From an uncultured delta proteobacterium (GTDB lineage Bacteria > Desulfobacterota > Desulfomonilia > UBA1062), in contig CAWAUM010000007.1 in the NCBI GenBank assembly GCA_963785235.1, forward strand, positions 1-64,000: a DNA stretch of 64,000 nucleotides, written 5' to 3'. The notes under the pieces were generated by a model. That model was not told the DNA's origin. It saw only the letters and a program-made list of their open reading frames with translations, and did no database searches. The position numbers and the translations under genes are program-made. This document shows, piece by piece, positions 1 through 9,850 of the stretch (its first letter is position 1; each line of letters begins with the position of its first letter).

Positions 1-1181
1 TCATGATGAAGATCCCGATAAGGGGTATATAGGTGTACCTGTCCGCCATGGACTGATGCCCAACCTGTACAAACCCGATCACCGGGACAAGGGTCCCAAG
101 GTACCAGAGCCACCCAACCGACAAGATAGGGGAGCTTCCGGGCAGTGAGCAGGACAATGCCGGTGAACGGACGAAGAAACAGAAGCGACAGGATAACCCA
201 CAAGGGATTGATTGAATCCGGATAAGGGTAGAATGCTGCAAGGTTAGTGGGCCATAACATCTTGATAAGATAAGCTGCATAGGAGGTGATGGCATTGGCT
301 GCCCTGGTGCCCAAGGCCCAGCTCTTCAAGGGTACGCACAGACTCATTGGCCTGCTGTGCATAGAAGGTTACTGCGCTTGAGATCAGTGCAAGGACCAGA
401 AGCGGTATCTTCTCCATGATGAGGGTGATCAGCACGGAAGCTTGTCTGCATGAGCGGCCTGAACTGTGTCATGGGGGCAATCCATATCACTGGTTTGAAT
501 GAGTCCAAGACGGTTTAGCGGCCAGAAATCCAAGAGGAGCAGCACAAAGGGAAGCGTTACCAGCATGGGCTTGGAGAGGAGTCCGAGAATGAAGGTAAAA
601 ACCAATAAAAGATACTTTCGTATACCTCGTAATCTGACATACCATAAGTAACACATCATGGTGAGGAGCCAGAACAAGGTGCTCAACACATCCTTGCGTT
701 CGGATACCCATGCGACTGATTCTACATGCAGCGGGTGCAGAGCGAACAAACCCGCTACTATGGCACTTCTCCATAGGGCACCGGTCATCCTCTCAAGGAC
801 AAGAAACAACAGGATCGTATTAATAAGGTGCAAAGCAACATTTGTGAGGTGATGCATTCCAGGGTTCATCCCGAAGAGTTCAATATCGAGCATGTGGGAA
901 ATCCAGGTTATGGGGTGCCAGTTTGAGCCATACACAGAGGTAAAAGCCCAGACAATGCTTTTTGTAGTTAATCCAAGTTTGACCATAGCGTTTTTTGTGA
1001 CATATGCAGGGTCATCGAACTCTACGAACTTGAATCCCACAACTTGATAATATACAGCAAGGGTCGCCAGTGTTAGGGCAATGCAGATAAGTATGCGCAT
1101 GATCAAGCGGCGGTTAGTTTCGTTGGAATGAATTGCATTCTTTTTCTGTAAAGAGGTAACAATAGGGCGCCCCAAGATCAT
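1..1181 (-). CDS. TMTC-like (GT-C, O-mannosyltransferase-like) membrane protein; runs off left edge; apparent frameshifts near 430 and 305
   Basis: Motifs FDDPAYV, NWHPITWISHMLD, HPLHVESVAWVSERKDVL, SKPMLVTLP, then EKIPLL in another frame. Confidence 0.75.
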
Positions 1182-1369
1182 CTCCTTTGAAGAATTACCG
1201 TTCCATCTCTCATATATTTGACATCAATTGAAATCAATATTTATTATAATGCATTGACAGAGTGTTGCTCTCATCACATTATATTAATAACTGAGGGAAA
1301 AATGGTTTTTTAAGAAATCCCTTATAGCTTCTGATCATTTACTGCCCATTCATGAGGAGGAATATTTAT

Positions 1370-2362
1370 ATGAAAAAGGCTTTGGTTACGGGTGCTGCAG
1401 GATTTATCGGTTCGCATGTAGTCAGGGAGCTCTTGGCTGAAAACATTGAGGTGAAATGTCTGATCCGGCCAGGCGAGAACAAGAGAAACCTCGATGGTCT
1501 GGATGTGGAAATGATCACAGGTGATATCCTTGATAATGCGGTTGTTGAAAAGAGCATTGAAGGGGTAGACACGGTCTTTCACCTTGCTGCCATCTTCTCC
1601 ATCTGGATGAAGGACTGGAGCAGGATATACGAGGTGAACCTCCAGGGCTCCCGCAACATTTTATGGGCCTGTTTGAAGAAGAATATCGAGAAGGTAGTCT
1701 ACACCAGCTCCATTGCAGCCATCGGCATTGCACCGGGAAAGGCGCTGAGCACAGAGGAGACCCCGTTTAATCAGTACACCCTGGGCAATCACTACGTTCT
1801 CACCAAATACCTCTCACAGCAGGAGGCCCTGGGGTTTGCGCATAACGGGCTCGACCTTGTAGTGGTGAATCCCTGCTTCCCCTTCGGGCCCATGGACATA
1901 GCCCCCACGCCCACAGGGCAGATCATCGTGGATGTGCTCAAGGGAATCAGCCGGTTTACCTTTAATGGCGGCATCAACATTGTGGATGTCCGCGATGTGG
2001 CAAGGGGACACGTGCTGGCTGCAAAGAAGGGGAGGAAGGGGAATCTGTATATCCTGGGCAACCGGAACATTTCCATGGAAGATTTCATGAGGCTTGTCTG
2101 CCGAGAGGCCGGCTTTGATGGCCGTATGCTGTTCAAGCTTCCGGTCTTTGCCTTGAAAGTGGGCACTGCTTTTCTCAAGGCGTTGTCCGACCATGTGATT
2201 CACAAGCCTCCCATGTCTACCCCGGCCGAGGTTGCCTATGCCTCGCAATACCTCTACTTTGACAACTCGAAAACGGTCAAGGAGCTTGGGCTCAGTTTCA
2301 GGCCGGTGGAGGACTCGGTGCGTGAGTCCATTCGATGGTTCAGGGAGAATGGGTATGCGTAA
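1370..2362 (+). CDS. NAD-dependent epimerase/dehydratase, dihydroflavonol-4-reductase/HpnA-like
   Basis: TGAAGFIGS Rossmann motif, YTSS, YxxxK (YVLTK), VDVRDVA; RBS GAGGAGG upstream of ATG 1370. Confidence 0.85.
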   Translation: MKKALVTGAAGFIGSHVVRELLAENIEVKCLIRPGENKRNLDGLDVEMITGDILDNAVVEKSIEGVDTVFHLAAIFSIWMKDWSRIYEVNLQGSRNILWACLKKNIEKVVYTSSIAAIGIAPGKALSTEETPFNQYTLGNHYVLTKYLSQQEALGFAHNGLDLVVVNPCFPFGPMDIAPTPTGQIIVDVLKGISRFTFNGGINIVDVRDVARGHVLAAKKGRKGNLYILGNRNISMEDFMRLVCREAGFDGRMLFKLPVFALKVGTAFLKALSDHVIHKPPMSTPAEVAYASQYLYFDNSKTVKELGLSFRPVEDSVRESIRWFRENGYA

Positions 2363-2387
2363 TTAGAGAATATTGAATTAGTTTAAA

Positions 2388-2419
2388 AAGACTGGATTCC
2401 CGCCTTCGCGGGAATGACG
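2388..2419. repeat. Half copy of repeat family A (single CTGGATTCCCGC-N4-GCGGGAATGAC hairpin)
   Basis: aagactggattcccgccttcgcgggaatgacg resembles 12661-12691. Confidence 0.7.
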
Positions 2420-2478
2420 TGTAGGTGGGACTCGCTTTTGCAGGAATGTTTAACTGGATGAAGAGAGGAGAGGTAATC

Positions 2479-3951
2479 ATGAACAGGACTGATCTGAACG
2501 ACAAACTCCAGAAGATGTTTTATCCTTCCTCTGTTGCAATAGTAGGCGCATCCGAAGTCCCGGTGAAATGGGGAAACCTTATCCTCACATCCATCCTTGG
2601 GTGGGAATACAAGGGGAAGGTGTTCCCGGTGAACCCCAAGAAAGAGCAGATCCTGGGTATCAAGTGCTACCCGAGCATCACTGCCATTCCGGATGCGGTC
2701 GACCTGGCAGTGCTCGTCATCCCTGCCCAGCATATACCCGCTGCCATGAGGGAATGCGTTGCCAAGGGCATCCCTGCTGTCGTGGTTGTTTCGGCCGGTT
2801 TTAAGGAGATGGGCGAAGAAGGCGCACGGATTGAAAAAGAGATCGTGGATATTGCTCTCAAAGGCGGTCTTGTATTCATAGGGCCCAACACCATGGGGAT
2901 AGCATCGGCCCACAGCTATCTCGAGGCACTGCCTACCCCGACAGCTCCGAAGCCCGGGGGGCTCGCCATCATCTCCCAGAGCGGCAATCTGGGCCTTCAG
3001 ATCCTGAAATGGATTGCCCACAAGGACATCGGGCTGGCCATGTATGCCGGCACCGGGAACGAGGCCATGCTGCACACGAGCGACCTGCTCGCCTACATGG
3101 GGCAATGTGATGAGGTGAAGGCCATTGCCATGTATATTGAAGGCATTGTCGATGGCCGTGAATTCATGGAGATCGCAGCGGAAGTGACAAAGAAGAAGCC
3201 GGTGATTGCGCTGAAGGCCGGACGGTCAAAGGCAGGGTCGAATGCAGCCCAGTCACATACAGGCTCCCTGGCAGGGTCACACGCCACCTATAAGGCCATG
3301 TTCGCACAGGCAGGGGTAATCCAGGTAAACACACCCTCAGAGCTTCTGAACATTTCAGCCGCCTTGACACTGCTGCCCGTTCCACGCACCAACCGGGTAG
3401 CCATCATGACCATGGGGGGAGGGTGGGGTATTATTGCAGCTGATGAGTGCGAGGATAAGGGCTTGGAGCTGCCTGCACTATCGCCTGAGATAATCAGGGA
3501 TCTGGATACGCGCCTTCCCCAGTACTGGAACCGGAAGAACCCCGTGGACGTGGTGGGCGAGGGCGACCCGGGGATGTACCTTGAAGTGATCGGTGCGCTT
3601 GCCCGCTGGAAAGAGGTGGATGCCGTCATCGCGCTGGGTATTGTCGGCAGGTCACGATATGTAGAAGACTTTATCGCCTGCCAGGAACGTTTTGACGGCA
3701 AGCTCTACACCAAGGAGCTCAAGCTTGCGGTGCTCAAGGCCCAGATACAGGCTGAAGACCGTGTAATATCGGGCATCGGCAGGATACAGAAAGAAATGGC
3801 CAAGCCGATCCTTGTCGTGGCCCTCACCGAAGAGGGGCTTGTATTGAGGCAGACCGACTTTGGCCCGGTCATCTGTCTGTCTACCCCTGAGGAGGCTGTG
3901 GATATTATTGCCCACATGTCCTATTACGGAAGGTATCTGGCATCATTGTAA
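2479..3951 (+). CDS. Acyl/acetate-CoA ligase (ADP-forming) alpha subunit, CoA-binding
   Basis: PSSVAIVGAS, GPNTMG, SQSGN, SHTGSLAG (phospho-His), NPVD. Confidence 0.85.
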   Translation: MNRTDLNDKLQKMFYPSSVAIVGASEVPVKWGNLILTSILGWEYKGKVFPVNPKKEQILGIKCYPSITAIPDAVDLAVLVIPAQHIPAAMRECVAKGIPAVVVVSAGFKEMGEEGARIEKEIVDIALKGGLVFIGPNTMGIASAHSYLEALPTPTAPKPGGLAIISQSGNLGLQILKWIAHKDIGLAMYAGTGNEAMLHTSDLLAYMGQCDEVKAIAMYIEGIVDGREFMEIAAEVTKKKPVIALKAGRSKAGSNAAQSHTGSLAGSHATYKAMFAQAGVIQVNTPSELLNISAALTLLPVPRTNRVAIMTMGGGWGIIAADECEDKGLELPALSPEIIRDLDTRLPQYWNRKNPVDVVGEGDPGMYLEVIGALARWKEVDAVIALGIVGRSRYVEDFIACQERFDGKLYTKELKLAVLKAQIQAEDRVISGIGRIQKEMAKPILVVALTEEGLVLRQTDFGPVICLSTPEEAVDIIAHMSYYGRYLASL

Positions 3952-4553
3952 GGATGACCTTCGAGATTGTAATGAGGAGATAATCCTTTCGAGGCTATTG
4001 ATGATAACCTTGGCAAATATCTCATGCCCCCGCTCATTCGGGAGGCGAGCGTCTTTCTGTACCAGCTGTTTATTTACCAGCTCATTATCCTGCAGATAAC
4101 CTGCCCAGTAGGTATGCACTGCGACCATTTCGCAGTCCAGATCAATGCAGACTTCCCGGATGGTGCGATAGTATATATTGATGGCATCCATCTCGTAGGG
4201 GTCGTCAAAGGTGTGCGAAGTGGGAAGGACAATGACGGGATTGAAGAGCTCTCTGGATGAGCGAACCATCCTCACCAGGTTTTCCTTGAACTCGGACCGG
4301 TAAACCGGGTAGAACGCGTCGTCCACCCCGAAATGGAGTATGAGGATTTCAGGAGAGACAGGAACAATGATATCCTGAAAGGTTCTTACCCCATCAAAGG
4401 TGTTGTCGCCGGGTACGGCCCGGTTAATGACCTTGACTCCACGATCTGCAAAGAAGTCTTCCAGTATGTCGACATATCCTCTTGTTACTCCGACACCGGA
4501 AGCGATGCTGCCCCCCGTACAAGCACTGTGAAGGGTTGAGAAGTATTGTTCAT
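3943..4553 (-). CDS. SGNH/GDSL-fold protein; one frameshift in a G6 run near 4511-4516
   Basis: ATG at 4553 overlaps the rfbA stop (ATGA). Adding one G gives [20 protein letters not shown]...[10 protein letters not shown]...LHFGVDD, in frame with ORF 3943-4326. Confidence 0.7.
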
Positions 4554-5422
4554 CCTTCCTGACGGATCATGTTTATAAGGTATTCCCCATACCCGCTGTT
4601 CTTCAAGGGCTGAGCAATCCGGAGAACCTGTTCTTTGTCTATGAAACCCATGCGGTAGGCAATCTCCTCTACACAGGCAATTTTCAAACCCTGGCGCTTT
4701 TCAATGGTCTCAATGAATGTGCTGGCAGCGAGAAGGGTTTCATGGGTTCCTGTGTCCAGCCAGGCAAAACCTCTCCCTAATCGCTCCACGCGCAAGGTAT
4801 CCATCTGGAGATAATATTTGTTGACATCAGTTATTTCGAGTTCGCCTCTAGGGGATGGTTTGAGGTTTTGTGCAACGTCGAGGACACTGTTGTCATAGAA
4901 ATACAGGCCGGTCACAGCCCAGTTTGATTTTGGCTGAGAAGGCTTCTCAACGAGCTCCGCAGGTTTCCCGGACGAATCAAAGCTCACAACCCCATACCGC
5001 TGGGGATCATTCACCCAGTACCCGAAAACAACGCTGCCTTTAAGAAGCGAACGTGCACTTTTCAATCGGTCGTACAGGCCCGATCCATAGAATATATTGT
5101 CACCAAGTATCAGGCAGACATGTTCTTTTCCGACAAAGTCATGGCCGAGAATAAATGCCTGCGCTATCCCTTCAGGCTTTGGCTGTTCTGCATAGGTAAA
5201 TGACACCCCCCACTGAGACCCATCACCGAGCAGTTCAGCGAATCGCGGAAGATCTGAGGGCGTGGAGATTATCAGGATATCCTGTATGCCGGCCAGCATT
5301 AATACAGATAAGGGATAGTAGATCATGGGTTTGTCATAGACCGGTAAAAGCTGCTTGCTCACAACCTGAGTTATGGGATAAAGTCTTGAACCTGATCCCC
5401 CTGCGAGAATTATTCCTTTCAT
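4550..5422 (-). CDS. rfbA: Glucose-1-phosphate thymidylyltransferase
   Basis: [47 protein letters not shown]. Confidence 0.95.
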   Translation of the reverse strand: MKGIILAGGSGSRLYPITQVVSKQLLPVYDKPMIYYPLSVLMLAGIQDILIISTPSDLPRFAELLGDGSQWGVSFTYAEQPKPEGIAQAFILGHDFVGKEHVCLILGDNIFYGSGLYDRLKSARSLLKGSVVFGYWVNDPQRYGVVSFDSSGKPAELVEKPSQPKSNWAVTGLYFYDNSVLDVAQNLKPSPRGELEITDVNKYYLQMDTLRVERLGRGFAWLDTGTHETLLAASTFIETIEKRQGLKIACVEEIAYRMGFIDKEQVLRIAQPLKNSGYGEYLINMIRQEG

Positions 5423-5500
5423 GCAGAATCCCCTTTTCATCGAATAATTGCAAAACTCATGCGCCAATGTAATAAATCTTGAGCCAATTGCAAAACTCAT

Positions 5501-5627
5501 GAGCTAATTGCAATACTCCCTGAACGTCATTCCCGCGGAGGCGGGAATCCAGTTGTTTATTAAGGACTTCTGGTCCTTCCCCCGCTTTCGCGGGGACGAC
5601 AAAAAAACACCCTTTTGCGACGGCCTC
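5501..5627 (+). mobile_element. Repeat family A, MITE-like (~125 bp; terminal IR GAG(C/G)-N4-GCAAAA; two internal hairpins)
   Basis: gagctaattgcaatac...gtcattcccgcggaggcgggaatccag...ccccgctttcgcggggacgac...ttttgcgacggcctc. Confidence 0.7.
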
Positions 5628-5676
5628 ATTCGGGGGAGACACCCTGTTTCGAGTATTACAAGTACATCTCATATCA

Positions 5677-6546
5677 TCATTTAAGGATGCGTGGAATTCC
5701 TGATTCACATGGCACGCCTGTCTGGCAAAGACCGCAACTGTAACCATCGAAGCCATAATTGGCCTTGATATGGGGTATGGCCTTTCCAAAAACATATTCG
5801 AGGCACTTATTTTTGTCATGTCCGGCTTCGCTGATGGCACCAGCAGGGCAGCGCGAGATGCATTTTTTGCAGGCACCACTTGAGAAGAACAGGCAATAGT
5901 CTGTGTGCGAGCTGTAAGGCCTTGGTGTAGGAGGGATCTGCATGTGAGCCACCACAGAGCCTAAGCGCATGGCCTTGCCCACAGGGGTGATGAGCCCGTC
6001 GCACAGGCCGAAGGTCCCCAGGCCGGATGCATAGGCAACATGGCGCTCCGACCAGTTGGATGCAAACCCATGGATATCCGAATTCTGCCATGAAAAGTCT
6101 GCATGGAGCGACGGGGCTAGTGCTTCATAGCCTGATGCCTTCAGGGTTGAGACTACGTGCTTTTTCAGATTGTTATTGATCTCTTCTCCGAAGGTGCGTG
6201 TGCGTGCCCAGCGGTGCGAGGGGAAGGATGCCTCCTGGCGGTTGTCTGCCTTTGTTGCTTCTGTCTGGGGAAGGACCCAGCTGATGACGGTGAGTTCTTC
6301 CGCAGTGACATTCATGGCTGGAAATGCCTGTGAAAATATTTCTCCAGGGGTCCAATGGAACGGGCCGACAACATCCTTAAGGGTTAACCATACTTGATCC
6401 CCACCCCAGGAGAAGCCTACAAGAGGGTCTGCCCATGCCCGCTCACCTGGGTTCTGCCAGAGGTTGTTCTTGTCAGGGTCGTCGAGAAACGTTTTGATCA
6501 TGGATAGTATCTGTTGAGAAAGATCAATAGGTTCATCAGTGCCCAT
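5677..6546 (-). CDS. Epoxyqueuosine-reductase(QueG)-like 4Fe-4S protein
   Basis: WSERHVAYASGLGTFG, RLGSV, CKKCISRCP, CGLCQTGVPC. Confidence 0.75.
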   Translation of the reverse strand: MGTDEPIDLSQQILSMIKTFLDDPDKNNLWQNPGERAWADPLVGFSWGGDQVWLTLKDVVGPFHWTPGEIFSQAFPAMNVTAEELTVISWVLPQTEATKADNRQEASFPSHRWARTRTFGEEINNNLKKHVVSTLKASGYEALAPSLHADFSWQNSDIHGFASNWSERHVAYASGLGTFGLCDGLITPVGKAMRLGSVVAHMQIPPTPRPYSSHTDYCLFFSSGACKKCISRCPAGAISEAGHDKNKCLEYVFGKAIPHIKANYGFDGYSCGLCQTGVPCESGIPRILK

Positions 6547-6717
6547 GGGCACCTCCTCTTCCTTGTCCAAGTATCTTTCAAGCTAAAGCAATCAGAGGTG
6601 TGAATCAATCTAATCTTTATGTAATGTGTGAAGGTGATGAGATCACATAGGCTTTAAGGTTTCTCATATTTTACGCATATAACACTAGACGTTTAATGCT
6701 AAGCCTTATACATCTTT

Positions 6718-6810
6718 CAATGGAGCATAAGAATAAACGATCAGTGGCGGGTGTGCTTCAGGTTTGAGGAGGGAGAAGTATTGGATGTGGAGATAGTTGA
6801 TTACCACTAA
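6718..6810 (+). pseudogene. higB: 3' remnant of HigB (RelE-family) toxin
   Basis: Translates to QWSIRINDQWRVCFRFEEGEVLDVEIVDYH*, the typical HigB C-terminus; no N-terminal part recognisable upstream. Confidence 0.85.
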
Positions 6811-6818
6811 GGAGCGAG

Positions 6819-7124
6819 ATGAATCTTAAAAATAACATGCGCCCCATTCATCCGGGAGAAATTCTCAGAGAGGAATTCCTTGTGCCTCTTGGTATGAGTG
6901 CACATGTCTTGGCGCTTCACCTTAAAGTGCCCGCGCCTCGTATTTACGCAATCATGAACGAGCACCGTTCAATTACCCCGGATACGGCATTACGCCTTGC
7001 CAACTATTTTGGAACCACACCTGAATTTTGGCTCAACCTACAAATAGCCTATGATTTGAAAGTTGCTCAACGAGAGTTAGGACCCCGAATCGATAAAGAA
7101 GTACGTTCACGGAATGCAGCATGA
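6819..7124 (+). CDS. higA: HigA family antitoxin (HTH)
   Basis: PIHPGEILREEFL, ITPDTALRLA, FWLNLQ. Confidence 0.92.
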   Translation: MNLKNNMRPIHPGEILREEFLVPLGMSAHVLALHLKVPAPRIYAIMNEHRSITPDTALRLANYFGTTPEFWLNLQIAYDLKVAQRELGPRIDKEVRSRNAA

Positions 7125-7403
7125 TAGTAAGAAAATATGCTCCTCAGATCACTCACCTCATAAATCGGCTTTATGTAGTTTTAAAAAACTATGATGGCAG
7201 GTGATCTGTTAATTGCCTTTAGATATACATATTCAAGATCTCGAAATAAAATTACTCCCACCTTGCCAAACTCCAATAATAGACACTATAACTTACTTTG
7301 ATCCAATTTCTTCAAATTTGATGCCATAGGCAAAATAAGAAACTACCTGCCGATATAAAGGCGTCAACTCTTGATTAAATTTAGCTCTTATCGAAAAATA
7401 ATC

Positions 7404-7433
7404 TTGACAGTAAACGAACGGCTAATGTATGTT
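7404..7433 (+). promoter_or_regulatory. Putative sigma70 promoter of the etf operon
   Basis: TTGACA-N18-TATGTT. Confidence 0.5.
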
Positions 7434-7443
7434 CCAACGGTGG

Positions 7444-7461
7444 TGAATGATGATTCACTCA
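7444..7461. promoter_or_regulatory. TetR/FadR-type palindromic operator
   Basis: TGAATGA-TGAT-TCACTCA, just downstream of the promoter. Confidence 0.5.
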
Positions 7462-7610
7462 TGTTCGGGCAAACAAAATTCTCGAGTTGAAAGGCTCTCC
7501 ATGAAGGCGATGGTTATCAGGCTTTTATTAAGAGTTGATCCGCTCATTGAGGCTAAAATATTTTAAACGCAAACCCGTACCGGGGAGAAACAATTAAGGA
7601 AGGGTAGCCA

Positions 7611-8432
7611 ATGCTCGTTATTGCATGTATCAAACAGGTGCCTGACACAACACAGGTAAAGATCGATCCGGTAACCAACACCCTGGTCCGCGAAGGGATT
7701 CCGTTCATCATGAACCCCTTTGACACGCATGCCCTGGAGGAGTCTCTCCGTCTGAAAGACAAATATCCGGGTGTGCGGGTAGCGGCCATCTCCATGGGTC
7801 CGCCCAATGCCGAGATGACACTTCGCAAGGCATTGGCACTGGGTGTTGATGAGGTGGTCCTCCTTTCAGACCGTGCCTTTGGCGGTGCCGACACCCTGGC
7901 CACAAGCATGGTCCTTGCCGAGGCAGTCAAGAAGCTTGCAGCGCAGGACAAGGACGGGCTGGCCCTGGTTATCTGCGGCAAGCAGACCATCGACGGCGAT
8001 ACCGCCCAGGTGGGCCCGGGCATTGCCATCCGCAACGGATATGTTCCCCTGACCCTTGTGGACCGCATCGTGGATCTCGACCTCAAGAACAAGAAGATCA
8101 GGGTGAGCAGGAAGCTCGAAGGCCGCCATGAAATAGTCGAGTCCAAATTGCCTGCACTGCTGACCGTAGTCAGGGAGATCAACAAGCCCCGCTATCCCTC
8201 GGTGCCCATGCGTCTTGAGGCACAGGACATGAGTGTGGCCCTGTGGGACAACAAGGTCATGAACCTTGACGTCAACCAGATCGGGCTCAAGGGTTCGCCC
8301 ACTGCGGTGAGAAAGATCTTCTCCCCGGAACGTGATAAGGGCGAGATCGTAGGCGATGGCGCAAACGACCCGACCGGAACAGCCAAGATCCTGGTGGAAA
8401 AGCTGGTCCAGAGGGAATTGCTTACCCTGTAA
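7611..8432 (+). CDS. etfB: Electron transfer flavoprotein beta subunit
   Basis: CIKQVPD, NPFD, DRAFGGADTLAT, GKQTIDGDTAQVGP. Confidence 0.95.
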   Translation: MLVIACIKQVPDTTQVKIDPVTNTLVREGIPFIMNPFDTHALEESLRLKDKYPGVRVAAISMGPPNAEMTLRKALALGVDEVVLLSDRAFGGADTLATSMVLAEAVKKLAAQDKDGLALVICGKQTIDGDTAQVGPGIAIRNGYVPLTLVDRIVDLDLKNKKIRVSRKLEGRHEIVESKLPALLTVVREINKPRYPSVPMRLEAQDMSVALWDNKVMNLDVNQIGLKGSPTAVRKIFSPERDKGEIVGDGANDPTGTAKILVEKLVQRELLTL

Positions 8433-8473
8433 GAAGGTATCCTTACTTTATAAAAGAAGAGAGACGTAAGCTG

Positions 8474-9822
8474 ATGGAAAAACCAAAGAAAGTTAAAAAG
8501 CCGCGAGGAAAGGCATCTCTCATCCCCAACAAGTGTATCGCATGCGGGGCGCGCTGCCAGAGCTCCTGCCCTGCAGAAGCGATCGAGATGAACGAAAAGG
8601 GTGAGCCCATCGTTCTTGCAGACAAGTGTATCGGCTGCCAGAAATGCGTCAAGATATGCCCTGCAGAAGCACTGGAAATGTTCTTCACACCGGAGGAGCT
8701 GGAGATCCTCAAGCAGCTTGCAGCTGAAAAGACTGCAGGGGGCGCACCGGCAGAAGAGGATGAAGACTCCGAAGAGGGCAAGCTCAAGAAATTTCTGGCC
8801 CAGTATCACGAATGTCTGGGTCTTTGTCGAGCAGACAGACTGCATACCCGCCAAGGTTTCCTGGGAGCTCCTGGGGGTAGGCGCTCAGCTGGCCATCTGC
8901 GCTTAAGGTTGAGCTCTGCGCCGTTGTCCTCGGACACAATGTTGAGAAGCTCTGCCAGGAGGCATTCTCCTACGGGGCTACCAAGGCATATCTCATCGAT
9001 GATCCCATACTGCACGATTACCGCACAGCCACCTACCTCGAGGCCTTCTGCTCGCTGGTTGAAAAGTACAAGCCGGAAGTGGTGCTCATGGGCGCAACCG
9101 GTCTTGGCAGGGACCTGGCCGGCGCTGTGGCGACACGGTTGAGAACCGGCCTGACGGCAGACTGCACGGGCCTCGGCATCGATGATAAAAGGCAGTTGCT
9201 GCAGACACGTCCGGCCTTTGGCGGAAACATCATGGCAACCATTTTCTGCGAGCAGAGACGCCCGCAGATGGCCTCGGTACGCCCCCACGTAATGCCCATG
9301 CCCGCACAGAACGAGGGTGCCACCGGTGAGATCATCCGCGAGAAGATCTCCATGAAGGAAGAGGACGTCCTTACCAAGGTGCTTGAGATCATAGACGATG
9401 CAGGCCACATGGACAGCGTTGATGTCGGCGGCGCCGAATTCATCGTTTCCGGTGGAAGAGGCATGATGTCCAAGGAAAACTTCAAGATCCTGCAGGATCT
9501 TGCTGATGAGCTCAGCGGCGTGGTGGCATGCTCCAGATGCGCAGTGGATGCAGGCTGGATGCCGGTGGACCGGCAGGTAGGCCAGACCGGAAAGACGGTC
9601 AGGCCCAAGATATATATCGCATGCGGCATCAGCGGGGCCATTCAGCACCTGGTAGGCATGCAGGACTCGGATCTGGTAATAGCCATCAACCGCGACCATG
9701 AAGCCCCGATCTTCGAAGTGGCTACATTCGGCATTGTCGGCGATCTCTTCAAGATAGTTCCGGCGATAACGGACCATATACGGCAGGCCAAGGCGACCAG
9801 AGGCACACCCAAGGTTTGTTAA
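8474..9822 (+). CDS. etfA: ETF alpha subunit with N-terminal 2x[4Fe-4S] ferredoxin domain; two apparent +1 frameshifts (~8808, ~8894)
   Basis: CIACGARCQSSCP and CIGCQKCVKICP; VWVFVEQ; TGLTADCT; QVGQTGKTV; GISGAIQH. Confidence 0.9.
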
Positions 9823-9850
9823 ACACCATATATACGAGAGAAGGATAGTC

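Noticed and set aside
5441-5520. Tandem 20-mers as a mini-CRISPR array
   Set aside because: There are no unique spacers of CRISPR length and no cas genes, and the units derive from the family-A terminal repeat.
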